Of a DNA stretch of 64,000 bases, positions 46,455-56,503 are shown piece after piece. Made by a program: the position numbers and the translations under genes. The notes under the pieces were generated by a model. The model worked only from the letters and a program-made list of their open reading frames with translations, was not told the DNA's origin and did no database searches. Position 1 is the first letter of the stretch; every line of letters begins with the position of its first letter. This stretch comes from Eubacteriales bacterium (GTDB taxonomy: Bacteria; Bacillota; Clostridia; Oscillospirales; CAG-272): positions 1,104 through 65,103 of the forward strand of contig JAZQHC010000037.1 of NCBI GenBank assembly GCA_045540335.1. The letters run 5' to 3'.

Positions 46455-48025
46455 AAAAAATCATAATAACCGATATAAAAGTTCCGCTTTCCGCGTTTAA
46501 AACCAACAATGATTTTGATCTTTACGCTTTACAAGAGGCTGAAAAAAGGCTGAAGCATACGGATGCGTTCGGCTTTGCCGTTTATAAAAAATCGCTTGAC
46601 GTAAGAAAAAGGCATTTACCAACGTTCGTTTACTCTGTATCTGCTTTTTCAAACGGCAATATACCGCAGATAAAAGGCGTTACGGTTTACGACGGCGATG
46701 CTTTCACGGTAAACCCGAAGGGAAAGAAAAAAGTGTGCGTCGTGGGCTTTGGCCCGTGCGGAATGTTTGCATCGCTGCTTCTTTCGGAATACGGCTTTGC
46801 ACCCGTTGTTTACGAAAGGGGTGCAGACGTAGATAAAAGGGTCGAATTAACCGAAAGGTTTATTAACGGCGGCTCCCTTGATACGGAAACAAACGTGCAG
46901 TTCGGCGCAGGCGGCGCAGGTACGTTTTCAGACGGAAAGCTATATACCAGAATAAACGACCCGCTGTGTGATTACGTTTTAAAAACCTTGGTGCAGTTCG
47001 GCGCACCAAAGCAAGTGTTAACAAGTGCAAAGCCGCACGTCGGAACGGATATTCTGCGCGGCGTTGTTAAGGGAATATCGCAGCGCGTGTGTGAAAACGG
47101 CGGTATTATAAAGTACAACACCCGTGTTGATAAGATCAGTGAAGAAAACGGCAAAATTACCGTTAGTTCGTCTGATGGGTGCAAATCGCAGTTCGATGCG
47201 GTAATATTGGCTATCGGCCACAGCGCGCGCGATACGTACGATATGCTTTTGAAAAAAGACGTGTGCATAGTGCCGAAAGCTTATTCGGTCGGCGTCAGGG
47301 CAGAGCATCTGCAAGAAGATATCAACAACGCCCTTTACGGCAGCTTGTGCGATAAATACGGCGATATACTGCCCGTGGGCGAATATTCTCTTTCAGACAG
47401 AAACGCGGCAAACAGGGGTGTATATACATTCTGTATGTGCCCGGGCGGCGTTGTGGTTCCTTCTTCATCCGAAGGGGGCGAAATATGCACCAATGGGATG
47501 AGTTACAGTCAAAGAAACGGTAAATACGCAAATTCTGCAGTTTGCGTTTCAGTATTTCCCGAGGATTACGGAAATACCCCACGCGGTGCTATTGAATTTC
47601 AAAGAAAGCTTGAAAGGTGTGCCTTTGAAAAGGCAGGGGCTGATTATTCCGCCCCGGTTATGACGGTTGGCGACCTGCTTAATAACAGAAAACACTCACA
47701 GCCTTTATATACACCGTCTTATATGAACGGTAAATACACACTTTGCGACCTTGGGCAAATATTTCCGCAGTATATAACGAACGCGCTGAAAGAGGGCCTC
47801 GTTTCATTCGGGCGCAAATTAAAGGGATTTGACGCACCGCACGTTCCGCTTACGGGCGTAGAAACGCGTACGTCAGCCCCTGTAAGGATCATGAGGAATG
47901 ACGATATGCAAAGCGTGTCTATAAAAGGTGTATATCCGTGCGGCGAGGGCGCAGGATATGCAGGCGGCATAACGAGTGCCGCAGTTGACGGTATGCGCGC
48001 TGCGAAAGCCGTTATGGAAGGTTGA
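46451..48025 (+). CDS. FAD-dependent oxidoreductase (COG2509-like)
   Basis: Dinucleotide fold VCVVGFGPCGMFASL and C-terminal CGEGAGYAGGI. Confidence 0.7.
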   Translation: MKKIIITDIKVPLSAFKTNNDFDLYALQEAEKRLKHTDAFGFAVYKKSLDVRKRHLPTFVYSVSAFSNGNIPQIKGVTVYDGDAFTVNPKGKKKVCVVGFGPCGMFASLLLSEYGFAPVVYERGADVDKRVELTERFINGGSLDTETNVQFGAGGAGTFSDGKLYTRINDPLCDYVLKTLVQFGAPKQVLTSAKPHVGTDILRGVVKGISQRVCENGGIIKYNTRVDKISEENGKITVSSSDGCKSQFDAVILAIGHSARDTYDMLLKKDVCIVPKAYSVGVRAEHLQEDINNALYGSLCDKYGDILPVGEYSLSDRNAANRGVYTFCMCPGGVVVPSSSEGGEICTNGMSYSQRNGKYANSAVCVSVFPEDYGNTPRGAIEFQRKLERCAFEKAGADYSAPVMTVGDLLNNRKHSQPLYTPSYMNGKYTLCDLGQIFPQYITNALKEGLVSFGRKLKGFDAPHVPLTGVETRTSAPVRIMRNDDMQSVSIKGVYPCGEGAGYAGGITSAAVDGMRAAKAVMEG

Positions 48026-48054
48026 TCGGCATTTGCCGAATGAAAGGATAATTT

Positions 48055-48510
48055 ATGATTGCAAAGTGCACGGTAATAGGCGTAAACGGTGATATTGCAA
48101 CCGTCAGAACAGAAAGAAAAAGTGCGTGCGAGCAATGCCACGTATCAAACAACGGCAAAGGGTGCGGCGCGTGCGATCTTTTTCTTGGCGACGATAGCTT
48201 TACCGCCGAGGCGGAAAACCGTATAGGTGCGCGCGTAGGCGACGAGGTACAAGTGCAAACGCCCTCCTCTTACGTGATATTATCTTCCGCCTTGTTGTTT
48301 ATATTGCCGCTTGCTTGTGCGGGGATATTTTATGCAGTCACATATTTTTGTATTTCAAATACGTACGCACCGATAGGCGCGTTGGCGGGGGTTTTGATAT
48401 CGTTTTTTACGGTATTTGCCGCTGAAAAAAAAGCACAAAAAAAGAAACCGAAAATAGTAATAACCCAAATAATTAACGAAAAACGGGGATTAAGTGATGA
48501 TACTCAGTAA
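48055..48510 (+). CDS. RseC/MucC-family (SoxR-reducing system) membrane protein
   Basis: N-terminal Cys-containing beta region (ACEQCH..GCGAC) plus two TM helices. Confidence 0.6.
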   Translation: MIAKCTVIGVNGDIATVRTERKSACEQCHVSNNGKGCGACDLFLGDDSFTAEAENRIGARVGDEVQVQTPSSYVILSSALLFILPLACAGIFYAVTYFCISNTYAPIGALAGVLISFFTVFAAEKKAQKKKPKIVITQIINEKRGLSDDTQ

Positions 48511-50620
48511 AAATCAATGGATACTGAAAGAATATGATAAATTCAGCGCAGATGTGCTTGCATCCGCATTTGGGCTGAAATACCCCGTTTGCGCGTTGCT
48601 TGCCGCAAGGGGGCACAAAACACCCGAGCAAGCACGTCATTATCTTGAAAAGGATACGGCGGTACTGTACGATCCGTTTTTGATGAAGGATATGGATAAA
48701 GCCGTAAGGCGTATATTTACCGCCGTGGAAAACGGCGAAAAGATAACGATATACGGTGATTACGACGTCGATGGGATAACCAGCGTGTGCCTTTTGCACA
48801 AATACCTTGCAAAGCAAGGCTGCAACATCGGTTATTATATCCCCAGCAGAGAAAACGAGGGTTACGGCTTGAATACGGATGCAGTAGGAAAACTTATAGA
48901 TAAAGGCACTACCCTTATAATTACTGTGGATACGGGCATAACTGCCATAAACGAGGTGGAGTATGCAAAGTCCCACGGGGCAGACGTTATCGTTACCGAC
49001 CACCACGAATGCTCGCAAAGCATTCCAAATGCGTGTGCTGTCGTAAACCCGAAGCGTAAGGATAACGAATATCCGTTTAAGGACCTTGCAGGCGTAGGGG
49101 TAGTGTTTAAGCTTATATGCGCTTGCGAGCAGTACAGGGCAACGGGCAAAACTTATACAGACCAATCCGATACGGATGCGAATATCAAAGCGGTAAGCGG
49201 CGTATGTATTGATTATTCGGATCTTACAGCCATCGGTACCGTTGCAGACGTTATGCCGCTGGTAGATGAAAACCGCCTGATAGTAAGCTTCGGTCTTAAC
49301 AGACTTTCACATGGGGAAAACATAGGCATTTCCGCACTTGTCAAGGCAAGCGGCAATGCGGATTCTTATAAAAAAATGACGTCGTCCGTAATCAGCTTTA
49401 CACTTGCGCCGCGAATAAACGCCGCGGGCAGAATGGGCACGGCAGAAATAGCCGTACAGCTTTTACTTACTGATGATAGCGAACAAGCAGACGATATTGC
49501 ACAGCAGCTTTGCCGTGCAAATGCAGAACGCCAAGGCGAGGAAATGAAAATAATGGCGTGTGCAGAAGAAATGATAAGCAGCGAAAATCTTGCCAAAACG
49601 AAAAAAATTCTCGTGCTTTCGCACGATAATTGGCATCACGGCGTTATAGGTATAGTTGCCTCCAAGCTTACGGAAAAATACAATATTCCGTGCATACTTA
49701 TCTCATTCGAAGGGGCAGAGGGGGCAGGCAAGGGCTCGGGCAGAAGTATTGAAGGATTTAATCTTCACGGGGCTTTGCTTTACTGTGAAGATCTGCTGGA
49801 AAGATTCGGCGGCCACGCACTTGCCGCAGGACTTACCGTTTCGCGCGAAAGGTTTGATGAATTCAAGCACCGTATCGAGCAATACGCACAGGATAATATA
49901 TCAGACGGTGATACGGTTAAAAAAATAGCCGTAGATATGCAGCTTGAACCGAAGGATATATCGCTTGCCGTAGCAGAGGAATTGCTTTTGCTTGAACCTT
50001 ACGGTACTTCAAATCCAACGCCGTTGTTTATGCTTTCCGATGCTGACGTGGTAAGTATCGGATGCACTGCCACTAATAAGCATTCGCGGATCGTTTTGGA
50101 AAAAAATAACGAAAAATTTCAATGCGTTATGTTTGGCAGAACCCCCGAAACCATCGGTATAACCGAAGGGGATAGAATAGATGTACTTTTTAACCTTGGC
50201 ATTAACGTATATCGAGGCAGTAAAAGCAGGCAAATGATAATACGCGATATTGATTTTTGCAAGCAAACGTCGGAATACATACTAAAATGCGCGCAAAGAG
50301 CGCGGCAGGTCATCAAAGGCGAAGAAAAGGCGCAAATGTGCCACATTCCCAACAGGGGCGAATGTGCGGCAGTTTTCAAGATGCTTAAGGATATATCAAA
50401 CGGCTCGTCGGGGGTAACGTTTGTAACGCCTATATTGGAAAAGGGCATCGGATATGAAAAGCTGTTGATCATAACAGAGGTTTTTGCACAGCTGGGCTTC
50501 ATTTCATATACGTGGAATACCCCGTGGGAATTGGCGTTTGATATTATTCCGCAATCTTCCAAAAAGCCGTTGGAGGATTCGCCTCTTTACAAAAGACTTA
50601 ATCAAAATCTCTTTTCTTGA
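48494..50620 (+). CDS. recJ: single-stranded-DNA-specific exonuclease RecJ
   Basis: DHH motifs GDYDVDGITS, VDTG and TDHHE. DHHA1 GGHALAAG. Confidence 0.9.
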   Translation: MMILSKNQWILKEYDKFSADVLASAFGLKYPVCALLAARGHKTPEQARHYLEKDTAVLYDPFLMKDMDKAVRRIFTAVENGEKITIYGDYDVDGITSVCLLHKYLAKQGCNIGYYIPSRENEGYGLNTDAVGKLIDKGTTLIITVDTGITAINEVEYAKSHGADVIVTDHHECSQSIPNACAVVNPKRKDNEYPFKDLAGVGVVFKLICACEQYRATGKTYTDQSDTDANIKAVSGVCIDYSDLTAIGTVADVMPLVDENRLIVSFGLNRLSHGENIGISALVKASGNADSYKKMTSSVISFTLAPRINAAGRMGTAEIAVQLLLTDDSEQADDIAQQLCRANAERQGEEMKIMACAEEMISSENLAKTKKILVLSHDNWHHGVIGIVASKLTEKYNIPCILISFEGAEGAGKGSGRSIEGFNLHGALLYCEDLLERFGGHALAAGLTVSRERFDEFKHRIEQYAQDNISDGDTVKKIAVDMQLEPKDISLAVAEELLLLEPYGTSNPTPLFMLSDADVVSIGCTATNKHSRIVLEKNNEKFQCVMFGRTPETIGITEGDRIDVLFNLGINVYRGSKSRQMIIRDIDFCKQTSEYILKCAQRARQVIKGEEKAQMCHIPNRGECAAVFKMLKDISNGSSGVTFVTPILEKGIGYEKLLIITEVFAQLGFISYTWNTPWELAFDIIPQSSKKPLEDSPLYKRLNQNLFS

Positions 50621-50634
50621 AATCAGGTATAGTT

Positions 50635-52839
50635 ATGGAAGAAAACAGAAACGAAACATATATAACGATCCAGCAACTGATGAAAGAGCTGGATTCAACA
50701 GGCAAGCATTACGACAGGGAAAAAATACTTAAAGCGTACGATTTTTCCGCAATGCTGCACGAAGGGCAGTTTCGCCAAAGCGGCGAGCCGTATATAACCC
50801 ACCCGCTTTCCGTTGCTTGTATTGCGGTAAGTCTTGGGCTCGATACGGATTCGGTGTGTGCGGCACTTCTGCACGATACGGTGGAGGATTGCGCCGATAA
50901 GGTAAATCTTGCCGTAATAAAGAAGGAATTCGGCCAAACCGTTGCCAATCTTGTAGATGGATTAACAAAGCTTGTGGAATTTCCTTTTGAAGACAAAGAA
51001 GAGGCGCACATGGAAAACCTGCGCAAAATGTTCCTTGCCATGTCGAAGGATATCCGCGTGCTTTTCATAAAATTGTGCGACAGGGTACATAATATGCGCA
51101 CCCTTGATGGCAAGCCCGAAGAAAAAAGGCGCGTTATCGCGTTGGAAACGATGTATGTTTACGCACCGTTGGCGCATAGGCTTGGTATGCAAAAGATAAA
51201 GCAAGAGCTGGAAAAGCGCTCGCTTTCCTATCTTGACCCGATAGGCTATGAAGAGGTTCGCCACGATATTATGCGTAAATTTGGCGAAAATAAGGACTTT
51301 TTACAACGCGCCAAAGACCTTGTTTCGGAAAAGCTTGAAGAAAATAATATAAAATTTACCTTGCAAGGCAGGGTGAAATCGGTATATAGCATCTATAAAA
51401 AGATGTACAACCAAAATAAAAGCTTCGACGAAATATACGATTTTTACGCTATCAGAATAATAGTTGATACCGAGCTTGAGTGTTATACCGTTTTGGGTAT
51501 TATCCATGATATGTTTCACTCTATGCCGGGCAGATTCAAGGATTATATATCAACGCCGAAGCCTAATATGTACCGAAGCCTGCACACGACGGTAATCGGG
51601 CGCGACGGCATTCCTTTTGAAGTGCAGATAAGAACGTACGAAATGCACCAGATAGCAGAATACGGTATTGCCGCAAACTGGAAATACAAAACGGGTGCGA
51701 CCGCATCTGCCGATATCGACAAAAAATTAAAATGGATATCTGAATTTGTAGAAACGGAAAACGACACTAAAGACCCTGACGAGTTTCTTAATGCCCTTAA
51801 AGTGGATATTTTCCAAGACGAGGTTTTTGCATTTACCCCCAAGGGCGACGTTATAGCTTTGCCGTCGGGCTCTACTGTTATAGATTTTGCATACGCCATA
51901 CATTCGGCTGTCGGCAATAAAATGGTGGGCGCAAAGGTAAACGGTATGATAGTGCCGATAGACCACGTGCTTGCAAACGGCGAGATAATAGAAATATTAA
52001 CCTCGAGCCAATCAAAAGGGCCAAGCCGCGATTGGCTTAAGATAGTTAAAACGGGCGATGCGCGCAACAAGATACGCCAGTGGTTCAAAAAAGAACAGCG
52101 CGCAGAAAATATCGTAATGGGAAAGGCCGAAATAGACAGAGAGCTTCACCGTTTCGGATATACCTGTTCTGAAGCACAGAAAAACGAGGTGGTTCTTAAC
52201 GTTGCACGCCGTATCGGCATACAAGACGTTGACGATGCGTATAACATAATCGGTTACGGCGGTCTTAACGTTTCGAAAATATCCGCCAAGCTGAAGGACG
52301 AATTTGAAAGAATAGTAAAGCCATCCACAGCGGAAAAGCCCACGCTTGACGATATGGCGCAGGCAAATAAGAAAAAGGTTAAAAAATCGACAAGCGGCGT
52401 TATTGTCGATGGCGTAGATGGCTGCGTTGTTAAATTCGCAAAATGCTGTACGCCTATACCGGGCGATGCTATTTTGGGCTTTATAACCAAGGGCTTCGGT
52501 ATATCAATACATCGAAGCGATTGTGCTAATATCAGACCGCAGCTTGAAAATTATGAAAATAAAGACAGGTTCGTAAGTGCAGAATGGGCAAACAGCAAAG
52601 ACGACGGCATGTTTGAAAGCACCGTATGCGTTGTTGCACATAACAGTATAAACGTCGTGGCAGACCTTACCGCCGCCGTTGCTGAAATGCGTGTAAACTT
52701 AATTGCGATAAATATGCAAAACGAAAACGGCGCGATAACGGTTAATTTAACGCTGTGCTGCCGCAATACAGAGCATCTGCACCAGATAATATCCCGATTG
52801 AGGGCTATAAAAGACGTTGAAAATGTAACGAGAGGATAA
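50635..52839 (+). CDS. relA: bifunctional (p)ppGpp synthetase/hydrolase (RelA/SpoT homologue)
   Basis: HD domain HPLSVA..LHDTVED, synthetase RVKSVYSIYKKM..YRSLHT, then TGS and ACT tails. The ORF-track start at 50617 is TTG overlapping the recJ stop. Confidence 0.92.
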   Translation: MEENRNETYITIQQLMKELDSTGKHYDREKILKAYDFSAMLHEGQFRQSGEPYITHPLSVACIAVSLGLDTDSVCAALLHDTVEDCADKVNLAVIKKEFGQTVANLVDGLTKLVEFPFEDKEEAHMENLRKMFLAMSKDIRVLFIKLCDRVHNMRTLDGKPEEKRRVIALETMYVYAPLAHRLGMQKIKQELEKRSLSYLDPIGYEEVRHDIMRKFGENKDFLQRAKDLVSEKLEENNIKFTLQGRVKSVYSIYKKMYNQNKSFDEIYDFYAIRIIVDTELECYTVLGIIHDMFHSMPGRFKDYISTPKPNMYRSLHTTVIGRDGIPFEVQIRTYEMHQIAEYGIAANWKYKTGATASADIDKKLKWISEFVETENDTKDPDEFLNALKVDIFQDEVFAFTPKGDVIALPSGSTVIDFAYAIHSAVGNKMVGAKVNGMIVPIDHVLANGEIIEILTSSQSKGPSRDWLKIVKTGDARNKIRQWFKKEQRAENIVMGKAEIDRELHRFGYTCSEAQKNEVVLNVARRIGIQDVDDAYNIIGYGGLNVSKISAKLKDEFERIVKPSTAEKPTLDDMAQANKKKVKKSTSGVIVDGVDGCVVKFAKCCTPIPGDAILGFITKGFGISIHRSDCANIRPQLENYENKDRFVSAEWANSKDDGMFESTVCVVAHNSINVVADLTAAVAEMRVNLIAINMQNENGAITVNLTLCCRNTEHLHQIISRLRAIKDVENVTRG

Positions 52840-52848
52840 TCAAACGAT

Positions 52849-53298
52849 ATGAGGGCGATAGTTCAAAGGGTAAATTCCGCAAGCGTGACGGTTGACGGGC
52901 AAATCACCGGCAAGTGCGAAAAAGGCTATCTTGTTTTTCTCGGCATAGGCAAGGAAGACGACGAGAAAACCGCAGAAAAGCTTTGCGAAAAGATAGTTAA
53001 AATGCGGATATTTGAAGACGAAAACGGTAAAATAAATCTGTCAATAGGGCAGGTTGGCGGCAGTATGCTGGTAGTTTCACAATTTACACTTTATGCAAAT
53101 TGTGCACACGGAAACAGGCCCGAGTTTTTCTCTTCCGCCCCGCCGGATAAGGCAAACGCCTTGTACGAGCATTTTGTAAAACACGCAAAAACGCTTGTTG
53201 GCGAGGTTCAAACGGGCGTATTCGGCGCGTATATGCAGGTTGCCATTGATAACGACGGACCCTTTACAATCTATCTTGATACGGAAATGTTAAAATGA
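52849..53298 (+). CDS. dtd: D-aminoacyl-tRNA deacylase
   Basis: MRAIVQRV.., SQFTL and NDGPFT motifs. Confidence 0.92.
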   Translation: MRAIVQRVNSASVTVDGQITGKCEKGYLVFLGIGKEDDEKTAEKLCEKIVKMRIFEDENGKINLSIGQVGGSMLVVSQFTLYANCAHGNRPEFFSSAPPDKANALYEHFVKHAKTLVGEVQTGVFGAYMQVAIDNDGPFTIYLDTEMLK

Positions 53299-54773
53299 AG
53301 CTTATTATTGAAGGTGATATAGGCAGATACTATCTGCAAACGTTGTGCTTGTTGTTTTTTCCGGGCGCAAAATTTTCAGAATCGGAAGAAATAACCCCCA
53401 CTACCCCTGTGGTTACGGTAAAGCTTCGCTGTGACAGCCTCGGTGCTGATGCAGAGGCTACCCTTGCCATAGGCGATAGGTCGGTAACGAAAACGCATAG
53501 GGAAGAATACGGCACAACAACAAAAAAGAAAACAGAAAACATGGCGGCAAGTAAGGCGTTTTTCAGTGCCGCAGAAACCTTTTTCGGATATACCCCGTCT
53601 TGGGGAATAATGACGGGCGTCCGTCCTACGAAAATAGTGCTTGATTACCTTAATTCCGGTATGAATAAAGAACAGACGGTTAAAGAATTAAGGCGCGAAT
53701 ATCTTCTTTACCCCAAAAAGGCAATGCTTGCGGCAGATATTGCAAGAAACGAACAGAAGATAATTAAAAAGTATCCGTTGGATACGTGCTCGGTGTATAT
53801 ATCAATACCGTTTTGCCCAACGAGGTGCTCGTATTGCTCGTTTGTAAGCTTTACTACCAAAAAGCTTCTTGCGCTTATCCCTGCGTATCTTGAAGCTTTG
53901 AAGGTAGAGCTTTCGCTTATCGCACGCCAAATAAAACAATCGGGGTTTAAATTAAAAACGGTGTATATAGGCGGCGGCACACCCACGACTTTAAGCGAAG
54001 CACAGCTTGAAGACCTGCTTTCCTATATAGACGAATTGTTTGATACTGCCGGCCTTGATGAATTTACCCTTGAAGCAGGCAGGCCCGACACCATAACGAA
54101 AAAGAAGCTGCAAAGCGCAAAAAATCATAACGTAACAAGAATAAGTATAAATCCGCAAACGCTTAATAATTTCGTTTTGCAGGAAATCGACCGCCGCCAC
54201 ACCGCCGAAATGTTCTTCAAGGCGTATGAAATGGCAAGGGAAAGCGGTATTCCCTGCATCAATACAGACCTTATAATCGGCTTGCCGACGGACCATTTCG
54301 AATCGTATTCCAACACGCTTGATAAAATAATAGAGCTTGCGCCCGAAAATATAACCGCACATACCTTCTGTGTAAAAAGAAGTGCGGATATTTTGAAGGA
54401 AGAAGGCGCAGATATCTACGCCAGGGAAAATTACGAGGTTTCCAAATGCGTTGACTATACGCAGATCATGATGAAAAAAGCAGGCTATATTCCGTATTAT
54501 ATGTACAAGCAGAAAAACGCCGTAGGCAATTTCGAAAACGTCGGTTTTTGCAAAAAGGGAACAGAGGGGCTTTATAATATTCTCATGATGGAGGAAATAC
54601 ATTCAATATTTTCCGCAGGCGCAGGTGCTGTTACAAAGCTTGTCGGCGAAAGAAACGTAAAAATAGAACGAATATTTAATCCTAAATATCCATATGAATA
54701 TTTAGAGCAGGACCGTAACGAGGTTTTCTGCCAGACGCAACAAATGATAGAAAAGTTTTTCGTTAAGGCTTAA
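53295..54773 (+). CDS. hemZ: radical-SAM coproporphyrinogen-dehydrogenase-like protein HemZ
   Basis: CPTRCSYCSF cluster motif. Conserved position after dtd. Confidence 0.75.
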   Translation: MKLIIEGDIGRYYLQTLCLLFFPGAKFSESEEITPTTPVVTVKLRCDSLGADAEATLAIGDRSVTKTHREEYGTTTKKKTENMAASKAFFSAAETFFGYTPSWGIMTGVRPTKIVLDYLNSGMNKEQTVKELRREYLLYPKKAMLAADIARNEQKIIKKYPLDTCSVYISIPFCPTRCSYCSFVSFTTKKLLALIPAYLEALKVELSLIARQIKQSGFKLKTVYIGGGTPTTLSEAQLEDLLSYIDELFDTAGLDEFTLEAGRPDTITKKKLQSAKNHNVTRISINPQTLNNFVLQEIDRRHTAEMFFKAYEMARESGIPCINTDLIIGLPTDHFESYSNTLDKIIELAPENITAHTFCVKRSADILKEEGADIYARENYEVSKCVDYTQIMMKKAGYIPYYMYKQKNAVGNFENVGFCKKGTEGLYNILMMEEIHSIFSAGAGAVTKLVGERNVKIERIFNPKYPYEYLEQDRNEVFCQTQQMIEKFFVKA

Positions 54774-54794
54774 CGAAAATAAAAGGAAAAAAAT

Positions 54795-55709
54795 ATGTAC
54801 CTGTACGATAAAATATTCGCTTCCGAAAAGGAAAAATACGATTTTGTAAACGCCTGCGATAAAGATTTTTTCGGCAAGATAGCCGATGCCGCAGATAATA
54901 TAGCAAAAGATAAGCATATTCGCTTTATATTGCTTGCCGGGCCGTCGTGCTCGGGAAAAACCTCCGCAACAGAGGTTATAACAAAAACGTTGATTAAAGA
55001 CGGCCGCGGCGTTTTAAGTGTTTCGATTGATGATTTTTTTAAAGATTCCGCACAACAGAAAAAGCAGATACACAATGCTGATCAGAATATAGATTTTGAA
55101 TCTATCAAAGCACTTGATTACGAATATTTTTGCGAATGTGTAAAGCTGCTTAAGGAATTGAAGCCAACCGCTATCCCCACGTTTGATTTTGTCATGGGAA
55201 GGCGCAGTGCATACCGCACGATGCACCCTGATGAAAATACTATAATAATATTTGAGGGAATACAGGCAGTTTACCCCGAAATAACGCGCCTTTTTAACAG
55301 CGATGAATGTAAAAGCGTTTTTATCTGTGTAGATACCGATGTAAATGCTTACGGCAGCGATTTTACGAAACGTCAGCTTCGATTTGCACGCCGTCTTGTA
55401 AGGGATAACCTGTTCAGAGGGGCAGACGCACAGCTTACATTCCGCCTTTGGAAGGGCGTTGTTGAAAATGAAGAGGTAAATATAATGCCGTACGCCGCAG
55501 GTGCGGATATACGCATAAATTCTTTCGTGCCTTACGAGGTAAACGTGCTTGCACCGTTTGTAAAAAAGGTACTTGCAGGGTTGCCTGATGGCTCGGAATA
55601 TTCGCAAACGGCAAAAGAATTTTTGAAAAAGTACGAAAATGTTCCTGAAATAACGCATAAATACGTACCTGAAAACTCCTTTTTTACGGAATTTATAGGT
55701 AAAGAATAA
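54795..55709 (+). CDS. P-loop nucleoside/uridine-kinase-like protein
   Basis: Walker A GPSCSGKTS. About 300 aa. Confidence 0.5.
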   Translation: MYLYDKIFASEKEKYDFVNACDKDFFGKIADAADNIAKDKHIRFILLAGPSCSGKTSATEVITKTLIKDGRGVLSVSIDDFFKDSAQQKKQIHNADQNIDFESIKALDYEYFCECVKLLKELKPTAIPTFDFVMGRRSAYRTMHPDENTIIIFEGIQAVYPEITRLFNSDECKSVFICVDTDVNAYGSDFTKRQLRFARRLVRDNLFRGADAQLTFRLWKGVVENEEVNIMPYAAGADIRINSFVPYEVNVLAPFVKKVLAGLPDGSEYSQTAKEFLKKYENVPEITHKYVPENSFFTEFIGKE

Positions 55710-55735
55710 AACGATTTTAAAGGAAAGATAAAAAG

Positions 55736-56503
55736 ATGATAATTATCGGTGAAAAATTAAACAGCTCAATTCCCAAAACGATGCAGGCATACGCCAATCA
55801 AGATGATGCGTACGTAATATCGCTTATCAAAGCGATGGCAGAAAACGGCGCAGATTACATAGACGTAAATACCGCGCTTTGCGAAGACGAAATATCAATG
55901 ATGCAAAAAATCACCGCTTTCGTTTTGGAAAATACCTCTTGCGGCGTTGTGGTGGATTCGCCCGATATCAACGTTATTTGTAAATGTGCATCTCTTATAG
56001 ATAACAGGGATATTATCCTTAATTCCGTAAAATATGAAGAATTGCCCATTGCATTGCCCGTTATAAAAGGTAAAAACGCAGGCTTTGTTTGTATGCTTTG
56101 CCAGGATACGTTGGAAGAAAGGCTTGATGTAGCAGAAAAAACCGTTGCGTATGCCCGGCAAAACGGAATTTTAAAAGAAAAAATCTTCTTCGACGTGGCA
56201 ACGCAATCAATAGCAACGGATAGCGAAAGCGCAATACTTTCGTTAAATACCATAAAAGCGATAAAAGATAAATGGTGCGATGTTAAAACCGTGTGCGGTC
56301 TTTCAAACGCTTCGTTCGGTTTGCCGAAAAGGGCAAGTATAAATTCCGCATATCTTACGTGTGCCGTTTGGCAAGGGCTTGACAGTGCGATTATGGATAA
56401 CACAAGCCCCGTTATGCAAATGGCTGTAAAAGCAGCAGAGGTAATTGCAGGAAAAGACGAGTACTGCATGGAATATATTAGTTATGTGAGAGAAAATCAA
56501 TGA
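55736..56503 (+). CDS. pterin-binding (DHPS/MeTr-like) domain protein
   Basis: MIIIGEKLNSS start, ADYIDVN and GLSNASFGLP motifs typical of methyltetrahydrofolate-dependent methyltransferases. Confidence 0.55.
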   Translation: MIIIGEKLNSSIPKTMQAYANQDDAYVISLIKAMAENGADYIDVNTALCEDEISMMQKITAFVLENTSCGVVVDSPDINVICKCASLIDNRDIILNSVKYEELPIALPVIKGKNAGFVCMLCQDTLEERLDVAEKTVAYARQNGILKEKIFFDVATQSIATDSESAILSLNTIKAIKDKWCDVKTVCGLSNASFGLPKRASINSAYLTCAVWQGLDSAIMDNTSPVMQMAVKAAEVIAGKDEYCMEYISYVRENQ